Shown piece after piece: positions 52,989-63,612 of a stretch of 64,000 nt of DNA. Each line of letters begins with the position of its first letter. The stretch's first letter is position 1. A program made the position numbers and the translations under genes. The DNA comes from Cyanidioschyzon merolae (lineage: Eukaryota): assembly GCA_000091205.1 (NCBI GenBank), contig AP006501.2; one strand, written 5' to 3'. Below the pieces are notes generated by a model. That model did not search any database and was not told the origin of the DNA. It saw only the letters and a program-made list of their open reading frames with translations.

Positions 52989-54459
52989 CTAGTGCAAGGA
53001 AACTCGGGCCAATACGATTCTCAGAGCAGTGCGTTCTTGAACGCCTGCACCAGCAAACCTTTTCTGTTTTCTCGCAGGTATTCAATGAAAGGAATGTGGT
53101 CTATAGATTGGGGGAAGGTCGCAGCGGGACATGATGCTGTGAGCCCTACCTTACGAAGGAATAGTCATGCTCCTACGAGTCAGACATTCACTGGTCTGCA
53201 TGTAGATGAAGCACTCTCATCGTAGTCCGTTCTGAACCTTGTGCATCCAAAATGGAGCTTCTCAAATTTTGTATAAAAAACTATCTTCTCGTCAATCCGT
53301 CATACTCCATATTTTCTCTACGATACGCTATCAAAGAAACCACACGGTGTGAAGCTTCCGTGGCATTGATTCGGAAATTGATGGAAAGACTCGGGTGGAT
53401 AAAGAAACTGTCGCGTTTATACAGAAGACCATGGCGCGTTGGAAGACACACCACTGACTTTGCACTGAAAAATGGGCGCTTATCATACGAGGCACGGGTG
53501 CTCGCCCTATTCGATAAGGCTGAATTCGGGGGAAACGGTAGACCTGTACATGGATACACAAACAGGGGAAACCGCCCTTCCCAAGGAAGAAACAAGCGAG
53601 AATGACGACAACACAAGCCCTAGCGGCGTTTTGAATACGGTTTTCGCCTACAAAGCCCCGGACGGCAGAATCGTTGAAGGACTCATGCTTCGTGGATGCA
53701 CTTTTTGGATCCTCCATTCCACATGCCTCTGTCATTTTTATAGAGAACGTCAATTTCTATCACTTGACAGCGGCCGAAGAGTACGCAAAATGAGATTGAC
53801 ATCCAGCTACTCATCATGCGAGCGAATTCTCCCTCGCTCAGTCCAATCGAAGGCGTCTTTTCTATTCTCAAACGTCATTTTAGTGCTCAGAGATCAGTAG
53901 ACGAGTTGTTCGCATCGATATGACAAAAAGATGCAGGGTGTCATTCCGGATCGCGCAATTCCCGACTCGAGAAACGCTCGCCTAGCTTCCGTCACCTCGA
54001 CGCACCGGGCCTGGCAACTCTCACCAGAAATTCCGGACGCATGATTTCAAACGGTCCATCTCAATCCGAAAATTTTCGATCAAATATTCGTACAATAACG
54101 GAACTGATATTCGGGACAGAATGTGCAATACGACCTGATCGCGTGGTCAGAGACACGCCTCCGCGCTTCCATGAATATGTCGAGCGAACTTTCGAGGGAA
54201 CCTTTCGCGTTCTGCGTAGGCATTCTGTTGGAATGCTAGAGAGTTGCCATGAAAAAGAATCAGTGGCCAGAGGATAGAGAGACACTGTAATTTCGCCTGA
54301 TTCAAAGCACTAGTCTAGCGCGGTTCAGCAATCCAGAAAGACCGGAGTGCAGTATGGATTTACGGGAGGATGGCTTTCTCCAGAATATTCGTACAGCATA
54401 ATCGCGTTCCATTATTCAACATGACTGAGTATAGCGCGGTGATTCCGGGTTCGCAACGC

Positions 54460-54700
54460 GACACCTGTGAACGCCTACTGCATTTTTCAGACACACGTCG
54501 CATCCATACGACTCCTTGGGACGCTACACGTCAGCCTCCTGGGCGTATTCGATAGCAAACATCGATTTGTTTACAAGCAGATTGCATTTTTGCCGGTCGA
54601 TGCGACGGTGCATCTGAGGATCATATGTAGAGCGCGAGAACCTCAATCAGTCCACGAGGTCACGTTTCCTCACGAATCCTCGACGGGTACATGAATCTGT
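54460..54700 (+). mobile_element. N-terminal fragment of the TnpB-like family (copy G)
   Basis: HVASIRLLGTLHVSLLGVFDSKHRFVYKQIAF follows the TnpB N-terminal pattern (ISDra2: [33 protein letters not shown]). No downstream RuvC part is found before the next gene. Confidence 0.3.
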
Positions 54701-54814
54701 CCATACGCTGAACGGCGCTGAACGCAGACGTCCGGCGCGGCGATCATCCGGCGGATTCCAGCGCACCCTTACGCACACACACTCGGTGCTTCTGTTGTGC
54801 GCGATGATGCACAA

Positions 54815-56482
54815 TTAAGCATTGCTTGGGGGTGCCTCCGACGCACCGCGATGAAATGCCGAAAACGTCTCAAAGACCAGACACGGCAGCGCCTCTTGCC
54901 AAAGCAGAAGAACCGCGCTACGAAAAGGCACCACGACCTCGGCTTCCCCAAGGAGAACGCGTGAGATTCCGTAGCGCGCAAGCTTCGCGACAACTGCCCG
55001 CAGTGGCGCATCCAGCGCTGCATTCGGGGGCGCATCAGCAATGGCGGTCGATACAGGCTCAGACTTCGGTGACGTGTCCATCATCGAGCGTGTATACGTG
55101 TCCGCAAGCGCTCCGTGACGATCCAGCACGTACGCCGCAGGCGCCGTGATCACCGCCACTCGCCCGGAGACAGCGCGATCGAACCTGCGTGCGTCACGCG
55201 CATGCATGCGAGCAGCGTTCCATGCGTGCTCGATCCACACATCAGATTCTGAAGCGGTGCCGAATCGTTTCGTTGTTCCAGTAATGTAGATGATCTGGCC
55301 GTTTGTGTTGATGAGATCTGTCGCGATGGATCCAGCGAGGACAACTCGTCGGTAACAGAGCTCCGTGGCCGTGCAGATGGTGTCCAATCGGGAACCACGC
55401 TCGAGGCGAGGCTGCTCGTCGAGTTTTCCCAGAGTCGAGAAGCTCGTCATCGCGGATGCACCAGTCATACTGGATAATGCTGGTGCGATGACGACCAGAT
55501 CGAAGGTGCCCAGCTCTTCTCGCAGGGCGAGCACTGCATGACGAGTACCGCTGCTCTGCATGTCTAGATCCGTGAGGTGGAGCAAGCGAAAGTGCAGCCC
55601 AGGGGCCACCTCCGTACAGACGGCACGCGCCTCTTCAAGCGCTGCGAGGTGACAATCCACCCAGCTGATGCAGATATTCGAATGCTGCGGTTTGCTTTCG
55701 TTGGACTGTTCTGAGCGTTCACGCATAGCCTCCATGCAGATCACTCGAGCCATTTCCTGGAGAAATGGCGACGCGGCTCCGCCGAGAAAGCACACGCGGC
55801 GCGGCCAGTGTGGCTCTGTCCAGAGCACACCCGCCTTGTATCGCGGGAACAGACGCACCCATACGTAGATGATTGGAGACAAGAGCGCTGTCATCATGAG
55901 CACCAACAGGCGCACACCAAGAACCAGCATGAACCAGGCATATTCCGCAAAATATCGCCGCAAAATTGGGCCTCGTAGGGTCACCAGTACACACAACGCT
56001 GTCCAGAGCCGGAGCGCCATCTGCCGAAGTTGGTGCATGACTACCGCGATCGAACTGAAGAAGCCTCTGGCCTGTTGGCTTACGGATCTATCGATGCCGT
56101 CCAGAGAAGCTGCAGGCTGCGCAAACGACGCCGCTCCGGCCGATGGCTCTGAAGACTGTCGCTCCGAGGTATTGTCGGCAGCGTCCTTGCCAGCGCTGGC
56201 AAACCATCGAAAACGGCAAGTGCTTTTTCGTTTGAGTACACGAACAAACCTTGGCACACGTCTTACGCGCTGTTGTAGCTTCAAGTCGTTCAAATCAGTT
56301 TGACGTCGCCTAAGTAGCGCCCGAGCCGGTAACCAAGCCTCGACACCACCAGAATGCAACGCGTGGCCGTGAAAGAAACCCTGCTGAAACGACGCTCTCC
56401 GACATGAACGCCATGCTAAAGTCACTTGAGTGAATCCACACCGCAAGTTATTCTGATTGGATCTGGGTGCACGCACTGACAT
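54815..56482 (-). CDS. Hypothetical membrane protein; remote, unconfirmed resemblance to ALG14-type glycosyltransferase membrane subunits
   Basis: 555-aa ORF from ATG with transmembrane helices (LWTALCVLVTL, FMLVLGVRLLVLMMTALLSPIIYVWV) followed by RRVCFLGGAASPFLQEM...FDLVVIAP...IIYITGTT. This is weakly reminiscent of ALG14 (ILVVAGSGGHTTEIL...PDLVLCNGPG...KVIIVYVES), but the GSGGHT motif is not conserved. Confidence 0.35.
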   Translation of the reverse strand: MSVRAPRSNQNNLRCGFTQVTLAWRSCRRASFQQGFFHGHALHSGGVEAWLPARALLRRRQTDLNDLKLQQRVRRVPRFVRVLKRKSTCRFRWFASAGKDAADNTSERQSSEPSAGAASFAQPAASLDGIDRSVSQQARGFFSSIAVVMHQLRQMALRLWTALCVLVTLRGPILRRYFAEYAWFMLVLGVRLLVLMMTALLSPIIYVWVRLFPRYKAGVLWTEPHWPRRVCFLGGAASPFLQEMARVICMEAMRERSEQSNESKPQHSNICISWVDCHLAALEEARAVCTEVAPGLHFRLLHLTDLDMQSSGTRHAVLALREELGTFDLVVIAPALSSMTGASAMTSFSTLGKLDEQPRLERGSRLDTICTATELCYRRVVLAGSIATDLINTNGQIIYITGTTKRFGTASESDVWIEHAWNAARMHARDARRFDRAVSGRVAVITAPAAYVLDRHGALADTYTRSMMDTSPKSEPVSTAIADAPPNAALDAPLRAVVAKLARYGISRVLLGEAEVVVPFRSAVLLLWQEALPCLVFETFSAFHRGASEAPPSNA

Positions 56483-56616
56483 GAACGGTGTCCAGTAAAG
56501 TTCTCGCTAATAACCGCTGCGCTGTTTCACTGCGTATATGCCACTCGACGAAGCGCCTGCCTATCGGCGAATCCGCACCAAAAGCGCGCTGCTTACACGT
56601 CTTGCTCTTCTGAACG

Positions 56617-59600
56617 ATGCCGCAGGGTTCGCTGTTGTCATCGTCATCGGCAGCATCTGCAGGTACTTCAGTCACTGCACATAGGGAACCGACTAGATGG
56701 CGACGACGATGGCAGCGGCAAGCATCAGACAACGAAACAGAACACCACGTGAACTTGGAGCTCCAGTTACCCGAACCGCCAAGCCCCGAGGCAGCAGAGG
56801 CGCAGCTGGTTGCAACGCTGCTGCAGTCCTGGGAGCGGTCCTTGCAGCGCCCGGTTCCCGAGTCGAGCGATGATGAACCTGCCTGGGTGCAAACTGACTT
56901 TGCGTGCGTGCATCACTACCGCGAGTACTGGATACGCCGCATAGAAAACGAGTGGGTTGCAGCAGTCGCAGAAAGCGCTGCGCTGAGGGTTGAAGTGAAC
57001 GCTTGGGCAGTGACCATTGCCTCTGTAGAGCCGACCTGCACGGACTACGCTGATCGCGCTGTTCTTCAGTGGGCAGCCGGCGTCGATCCGCCACCAGACC
57101 TGGATTCACAAGACGTATACTTCCTGCAAGTCGAACGCGGGCGCAACGCTGCGTCTGGCGCTGGGCCCATCGTTCCTGCTTTACGGTTGACTCGATTGGG
57201 CTTTGCGAGCTGTTCAGGGAACGTTCATGAGTTTAGCGTTTGGATTCCGCGAAACTGCCTCCATATGCAGCAACGCACTGGTACAGTTGCCCGACTATGG
57301 CGAGCGTTCTCCGATGAGCGCGAATGGCGAACTGGGCTTGTACCTTTTGTGCGACAGCTCCAAGCGGTAACCCGGCTAGGCCAGATCCATCGACCGCTCT
57401 TGTATGCGCTGATCAGGCCCCAGGAGCATTTCAGTAGCGGGCGTAATGTGCCGCCGAACGCCTTGCCAGGTTTCCAAACACGGAAGCAGCAGCAGCAGCA
57501 GCAGCAGCAGCAAGAGCGCTATGCGAACATCCGGGAGATGAATAGTGGCGGGAGCGTCAAACCTGATTTTTCTCTTGGTTTGTTGAATGATGGACAGATG
57601 CGAGCGATTACAAGAATTGTAGAGGCTCGCCCCGGCTCTGTGACGTTGATCGTTGGCCCGCCAGGAACGGGAAAGTCGCGGACCATCATCGGGGCGCTGA
57701 GACGTCTCACGGGAGAAACACCAGCGCCGCGTCTTCTTGTATGCGCACCGTCAAATCATGCGGTGAGGCTGCTCTACGAACAGTTCCGGTCGCAGTCCGA
57801 TACTACGCGGCCGGTTGGTATTGCGTGGTTACAGGCGCAATCCCAGCGACAGGAACATGCCAATAATGCCCCAAACTCCAATAACGATGGCCAAATAGGA
57901 ATCGAGTGGAACGCTCTTGTTCATGACGTTCCCATACGGAACGCGGACGTTGTCTTCGCGACTCTGAATAGTGCAGCTGGGCTAGGGTTTCAGGGTACGG
58001 GGAGGATGCGAGAGCGACCCTTCCAGTACGTGATTGTGGATGAAGCGTCTCAAGCTGTTGAGCCGGATACGCTGATACCGCTCATCCTCGAGTCTTTTTG
58101 CCCGACGAATTTCCCGCATGGTGATCGGATGGAACCCGAAACCATCGCTCCAAGCAGACTTGTGCTTGTAGGCGATGCTCGACAACTACCCGCCACAGTG
58201 CGATCGCGCTTGAATCAGGCTAGTGGATATGACAAGTCGCTTTTCGAGCGACTTTCCGAGGCTGCAGAACGCGTCCACGGAGCTGCGCTGTGTTGGCTAG
58301 ACGAGCAGTATCGCATGCATCCGTCGATCGCCGCGTTTCCGTCACATTTTTTCTACGGGGATCGTTTGCGTACAGCTTGCCAAGTTTGTGAGCGTCTGAG
58401 AGGCGTCGACTCTCCGATAGAGCTTTTGGACATGTCAGGCGACGCCGAACATCGAGAAATTCGAGTGGCCACTAGCCTGGCAAATCCGTACGAGGCAGCT
58501 CGACTTGTACGATGGTTAGCTGAGAATCAACCGAAACTTGTCGGAAGTAGGAAAGATCCGCTGACTGTTTTGTTGATCACGCCGTACCGGGCTCAGGTTC
58601 GTTTTCTGGAAGAAGCGCTTCAGGAGTTCCATCTTTGGACGCCAGCAGCTGCAGCATCGTCGCAACCAACACGAAGCCGTCAGGAATATCGAGTTGCCAC
58701 CGTGGATGCCGCCCAGGGTGCAGAGGCTGACCTCGTGATTTTCAGCCCTGTTCGGAGTGCCCGACACGGAGTGAGCGCATGTACAACGCCCCGAGCGCTG
58801 AGCATCGGTTTTGTGGCGGATACCCGGCGACTCAATGTAGCGCTCACAAGGGCACGATCGCAGCTCGTTGTTGGCGGCGACCTGCTTACGTTGGTTCGAG
58901 CCTCACCAGTTTTTGCCGCATGGATAACGTTTCTGTGTGAGCGCAAGCTCGTTCCGAACCCGGAGGCACTCTGGGAACGTCTCTGTGAGGGACTCGAACA
59001 CCCGCCAAACGAGCGGACAACGCTGGTGGATACATCGGATCCTGTGGCGTCCGGCTTCGCGGATGCATCCGAGGCTGCAAAGGCGCGCAAGCCCGATGTC
59101 GTCGCTAGGCAGAACCGTCGTAACGAGGCGGCCTGCGCGCCCATCTACCCATGCAAGATCTGCCGGCAGGCGTCAACCCGGATCTCTGCCGCAGTAGCTC
59201 GGAAACAGACACTGGGGTCCTTGCAGGAGCCGCGGTCTACGCGACACAGTCCTACCGCTGGCTTGCCACCAGCAGTGGCATCGATTTCCTGCGCAAAAAT
59301 GAAACGCACACAGAAGGATGCGCGGATAGCTGCAGCGCGTGCCGAGGCCGCCACTGCACGCATCATTCACTCCGATGACGACGCATCATCCGACGCGGGC
59401 TCGCTGCCGACCAGAGGCGGGAGAGCAGCGCAGCTGTTGCGAAGGCATCGCACCAACGGCGGCGGGTATGCTACAACGCGACCGCAGCCAGTGCACAAGG
59501 GTGTCGACCGGCGCTGGCGCTCCTCGAGCGATGCTATTGCCGGCACCAATGCGGATCACTTTACGAAGCGGATACGGGCAGCGAGACCAGCGCCATCGTC

Positions 59601-59943
59601 AGTTCCAGGACTGACTGGGGGATCGGCACCGTCGGCCGCCGCGTTGGCGACTGTTTTTGAATCACCATGGCCCCGTGAACGCGTTTCTGCCGAGCAGCAA
59701 CGCCAACTCGATCGCGTCTCCTCTGTGCAGAGGTTCGCTCTCGGTGGAGCCACGACGACACCAGTAACGCTGGCAGTTGGAGATCGTTTTCGCGAGCCCT
59801 CGCTGCACACTGGATCCGTCGCACGAAACTCCACGGCAGTGCAACGCATCGCGAGCCGACTTGCCGAAAGAGCAAAAGACACATTGGAGAATGTCCGCCG
59901 TTCAGCGATATTCGACAAGGAAGGCTCTGGTGATGCGCGCTGA
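56617..59943 (+). CDS. Superfamily-1 UPF1-like RNA/DNA helicase (AAA_11/AAA_12 type)
   Basis: Walker A LIVGPPGTGKSRTII, motif II DEASQAVEP, LVLVGDARQLPATV, LDEQYRMHPSIAAFPSHFFYGDRL, VATVDAAQGAEADLVIFS and LNVALTRARSQLVVGGD are all present. Long low-complexity C-terminal tail. In-frame (CAG)9 at 57485-57512. Confidence 0.85.
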   Translation: MPQGSLLSSSSAASAGTSVTAHREPTRWRRRWQRQASDNETEHHVNLELQLPEPPSPEAAEAQLVATLLQSWERSLQRPVPESSDDEPAWVQTDFACVHHYREYWIRRIENEWVAAVAESAALRVEVNAWAVTIASVEPTCTDYADRAVLQWAAGVDPPPDLDSQDVYFLQVERGRNAASGAGPIVPALRLTRLGFASCSGNVHEFSVWIPRNCLHMQQRTGTVARLWRAFSDEREWRTGLVPFVRQLQAVTRLGQIHRPLLYALIRPQEHFSSGRNVPPNALPGFQTRKQQQQQQQQQERYANIREMNSGGSVKPDFSLGLLNDGQMRAITRIVEARPGSVTLIVGPPGTGKSRTIIGALRRLTGETPAPRLLVCAPSNHAVRLLYEQFRSQSDTTRPVGIAWLQAQSQRQEHANNAPNSNNDGQIGIEWNALVHDVPIRNADVVFATLNSAAGLGFQGTGRMRERPFQYVIVDEASQAVEPDTLIPLILESFCPTNFPHGDRMEPETIAPSRLVLVGDARQLPATVRSRLNQASGYDKSLFERLSEAAERVHGAALCWLDEQYRMHPSIAAFPSHFFYGDRLRTACQVCERLRGVDSPIELLDMSGDAEHREIRVATSLANPYEAARLVRWLAENQPKLVGSRKDPLTVLLITPYRAQVRFLEEALQEFHLWTPAAAASSQPTRSRQEYRVATVDAAQGAEADLVIFSPVRSARHGVSACTTPRALSIGFVADTRRLNVALTRARSQLVVGGDLLTLVRASPVFAAWITFLCERKLVPNPEALWERLCEGLEHPPNERTTLVDTSDPVASGFADASEAAKARKPDVVARQNRRNEAACAPIYPCKICRQASTRISAAVARKQTLGSLQEPRSTRHSPTAGLPPAVASISCAKMKRTQKDARIAAARAEAATARIIHSDDDASSDAGSLPTRGGRAAQLLRRHRTNGGGYATTRPQPVHKGVDRRWRSSSDAIAGTNADHFTKRIRAARPAPSSVPGLTGGSAPSAAALATVFESPWPRERVSAEQQRQLDRVSSVQRFALGGATTTPVTLAVGDRFREPSLHTGSVARNSTAVQRIASRLAERAKDTLENVRRSAIFDKEGSGDAR

Positions 59944-60699
59944 GCGGTAAACGTTCGTATGTGTGTGTGCATCGACGACGCGTGCACGCATGCACAGACT
60001 GCCGTGCGGACACGCATGCTATGCGTGCACATGGTGATGCACGCACACGCATACGTGTCCGGACACGTGTCCGTGTTGCAGACACTTCGAGGCTGGCATT
60101 TCCACGTTTCATTTGCGTTGTTTCAAGTCGTCGTTGGTGCATCGCGCACAACGAGTGTCACTGAATGGCATCGCAGGCGGTGTGGCGCGGCCTCTTCCTG
60201 TTGGCGGCTACGGAGCCGCGTGTATGGTGCGCGCCCTGGCACGCTCCACGCAACCACATGGTGCCGTTGTAATCTAGGTCTTCCCGCTAGCCATTGTTCC
60301 TGTTAGCTGCCAGAATCTCTTCCCGGCTGACGCCGAGAGCATAGTGCTCACGTCGCGGCGCGCGCAGCCGTGCGACTCGGTTGCGTGCGTCTGCCGTGGC
60401 GCCGTCCGAGATCGATTCCAGGCTGCTTCCAGAGGTATGCCACGTGCACCGAGCCCGGACTGGTGCAGACGTTGCCGATGCTCCGCGTCTGGAGACGGTA
60501 GCTCGTTCGGTGTATCCGTTTCGAGTGCTGGTAACGAAAAAATGAATCTTTATCTCCGAAACGCGTTTGGCTGCACAGTTGGATCTATGGCTGCAGCGAT
60601 ACGTATCCATGACTGGAAGCAGAGCGATCTCGGTTGCAGCGTATTCTGTTGCAGGACGACTCTTGTCATGGGATCTGCATGCACGAACGTTGAAGCGAC

Positions 60700-63396
60700 T
60701 CAGCGAGCAGGTACCAGCGGCACTGTGAAGCGGGCGTCGAGGTCGCTGCTGCTGCTGTCGTCGTCGCAGATTCGACGCCATAGCTGCGCGTTCCAAAGTG
60801 CCATGCGGGCTCGTTCACGAACATCAGGCGCTGCGTCATGTTCCGCAACCTGACGCAGCAGTACTAGCACCTCCAGTTGGGCGAGATGGTTCCGAATCGT
60901 CCTCATGACTTGCTTCGTGGTCTGATCGGGTTCCTGCGGGGGCTCCGCTGCACCAGCCGGGGGCAACGGGGCCGCTGTGGTTTTGCGGTGGAATCCCTGA
61001 ACGCTCAGCGTGTCTAGGCGATGCGGCATATACCGCAACAAGTTGGTAAAACACCAGGAAGCAAGGAAGCGTTCCAGTACCTCGGACGATTTGAGAAAGC
61101 TTGCCAAACGTTGTAAGAGCTCCCGACGCGCCAGAACTTGCGCTCGCAGTGGAATCGCATCCGCAGCCGCCACAACCGTGAGAAAATTCAATGCATGGAC
61201 GCGTACGTCTACGTGCGTGTCCGGGTGCAACGCAGCGTCCAGGCGTTCGGACAGCCCCATTGGGCTCTGCAGGACCAGAAACAAGCATGCTTCGTGCTCG
61301 CTCTGATCGCCGTTGGAGTAGACGATGTTGTGAAGCAGCGCCCACGATTGCGCACAGACGTCCGCGGCTTGCCTTACGTCCGTGAGCATGTCGAGCGATC
61401 GCCATGTTAAAAGGTCCATCAGCGATTTTTTCTCGGAACTCGATGCTGCAAGCGCCAATATTCGGATGATTTTGATAATTTTCGCCACAAGGTGTTGTTC
61501 GGTACGTGCAACCGTCTGATGTCTTGCATTAGGACCGGATTGCTTGCTCTCGGCGATGCCGTGTCCGACCGCGCTGCCTAACGCAGGAGAGCAGCCACGC
61601 CAGACATCGGCAGCATTGAGCGCTTCGGGATTCGCAGCTCGCGCGCCGGAGTCATGCGAAAGGTCCCAGCGATGCAGGTAGTCATGGACAAGGGAGACTA
61701 AATTCTGGAGAGCGCGCTCTTGATTCATCAGCGCTGTTCCCAATGGACACGGTGGCATCGCACACTGCGCAAGCGCATCACATGCCGCGCACCGCACGAC
61801 ATACGGCGCCGAACTTGTCAGAATCATGTCGAGAAGGCGCTCACTGAGGCTCGGATGCAGACCCTGACGCTGTCGGTTCGGGATCAATGCCATGAGCGAA
61901 GCCAGCGCCTGGGCGGTTGCCTCAGCCACGCCGAACGATAGCTCTGGGGGCGCCCGCCGTACCCATTCCAGTAATTTCAATAGCAACGCCATAAGTTTGT
62001 CGTCTACAAGAATAGGCTGAGTATGCTCTCCATTTGAGGCGATCAGAGCCAACGCTCGGAGCGCTGACGTGCTTTCACGCTCGCTCTGGGCGCCCGGGTT
62101 GGCTGATGGCAGCGAGGCAGCCGCAGATGTGCGTCCACATCGCGTGGGACTTGCGAGTTCCAGCCTAGAGCGCTTGCTCTCCTGGGAACGCACGGATTCC
62201 GGTAGCGATGCCAATCGATCACAGCTCTGCTCGATAACATTCACAATTACCGGAATGGCGCCAACATCAAGGGCAACTCGCCGGAAATGCGAAGAGCTGG
62301 CCAGGAGCTTTTCCACAAGCTCTACGACTTCTGCTTGCCGCAGCTGCTGAGCGGGCACCTTGGGATCGAAATAGATGCCGAATTGCGTCCAGGATTTGCC
62401 GGGCTGCGGCTGGCTCGGTGACGCTAACAGCGCGAGCAATACCGGCAGTGCGGTGGCGGCGAGTTTCGATGCGTCATTCAGCATCCCGGCAATGTACAGG
62501 TGCGCCAGAATCTTGACACTGAAGAACCTCCGCAGCGGTACCGGATCGTACAAACCCCGCCAGAAGCGTTTTGCACTGCGAGAGTTTCGCGCAAAGGTCT
62601 CCGCAAGCAACGCTGCGGCGGCGGGGGCGTCCTCGATAAACGTCGATATCAACTCTAGCATGGTCGTACTGAGCGATCCTGGGTCATCCGCATCCTCTTC
62701 AGAGCCATCAGAGTCCACGGTACGCACGTCTGCGTCATTTTCGGTGTTCAGGTTGGAATCTGGCATCCGTTTGAGATCCGCGACGATGACATCCATCGCT
62801 CCCGCCTGTAGCAGCTGTGTGCGCCCTTCGTGGTGCCGTGCCCATACCGCAATGGTTTTCAGTGCTTCCAATCTGACCAAGCCCTGATCCTGTTGGACAC
62901 AACGGAGCAGTGCCTCCGCGTCAGCACTCCGCCAGGCAAACCGCGCTCGATCGCAACCAACGCGTAACCTAGCGGCCGTGAACTGCCGCATGGTGCGCAA
63001 CGCGGCGACTTTAAGAGCATTAGGCGACGACTGCTGCAACGAGTCGGCAATAAAGCGCGGGAGACGCTGTTGTTGTGAAATCTCGGCCTCTGCAGGTGGA
63101 CAGTCGCCGTAACACAGCGTTCCCAGGAGCGCCAGCAACGCTTCCTTCACGGAACTGTCCATTCGAACAGCATCTTCAGCGCAGTACGCAAGCAGCTTCG
63201 CGAGCGCACCACTTTCCACGACCCAAGCTTTCCGTTCGGTATTTCCGATGAGGAGATTTTTCAACGTGTTGAGCACTGGGCCTTTACCACGGAGGGTACG
63301 CGTTTCCCCAAGCTCCCGGAGAGTTTTCTGCAACGTGTAGCTGAAAACATCCGAAACTGAAGCGAGTTCCATCGTTCCCACTGCTCCAGTGTGCAT
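60700..63396 (-). CDS. Armadillo-repeat protein, ARMC8/GID5 (CTLH complex)-like
   Basis: The N-terminal block LKNLLIGNTERKAWVVESGALAKLLAYC matches ARMC8 [28 protein letters not shown]. The rest is ARM/HEAT-like helical repeats. Start ATG 63396 (an alternative ATG is at 63372). Confidence 0.5.
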   Translation of the reverse strand: MHTGAVGTMELASVSDVFSYTLQKTLRELGETRTLRGKGPVLNTLKNLLIGNTERKAWVVESGALAKLLAYCAEDAVRMDSSVKEALLALLGTLCYGDCPPAEAEISQQQRLPRFIADSLQQSSPNALKVAALRTMRQFTAARLRVGCDRARFAWRSADAEALLRCVQQDQGLVRLEALKTIAVWARHHEGRTQLLQAGAMDVIVADLKRMPDSNLNTENDADVRTVDSDGSEEDADDPGSLSTTMLELISTFIEDAPAAAALLAETFARNSRSAKRFWRGLYDPVPLRRFFSVKILAHLYIAGMLNDASKLAATALPVLLALLASPSQPQPGKSWTQFGIYFDPKVPAQQLRQAEVVELVEKLLASSSHFRRVALDVGAIPVIVNVIEQSCDRLASLPESVRSQESKRSRLELASPTRCGRTSAAASLPSANPGAQSERESTSALRALALIASNGEHTQPILVDDKLMALLLKLLEWVRRAPPELSFGVAEATAQALASLMALIPNRQRQGLHPSLSERLLDMILTSSAPYVVRCAACDALAQCAMPPCPLGTALMNQERALQNLVSLVHDYLHRWDLSHDSGARAANPEALNAADVWRGCSPALGSAVGHGIAESKQSGPNARHQTVARTEQHLVAKIIKIIRILALAASSSEKKSLMDLLTWRSLDMLTDVRQAADVCAQSWALLHNIVYSNGDQSEHEACLFLVLQSPMGLSERLDAALHPDTHVDVRVHALNFLTVVAAADAIPLRAQVLARRELLQRLASFLKSSEVLERFLASWCFTNLLRYMPHRLDTLSVQGFHRKTTAAPLPPAGAAEPPQEPDQTTKQVMRTIRNHLAQLEVLVLLRQVAEHDAAPDVRERARMALWNAQLWRRICDDDSSSSDLDARFTVPLVPAR

Positions 63397-63612
63397 TTCG
63401 CTTCGCCCGAGGTGCTCGGTCCTCGGTTATGTGAACACTGGAATACCTGCAGAAGTGCAGCAAGCAAAACGCAGTGACGCCTCGTTTCCGAGCGCACGAC
63501 GCCGACCGCAAACTCCGTTGCCTCTCGAGATGCCGGGCCCAGATTTCGCATATGTTGTGATTGTTTCGATGACAAAACATCCATTTACCATATATCCCCG
63601 GTTTCGGGATGG

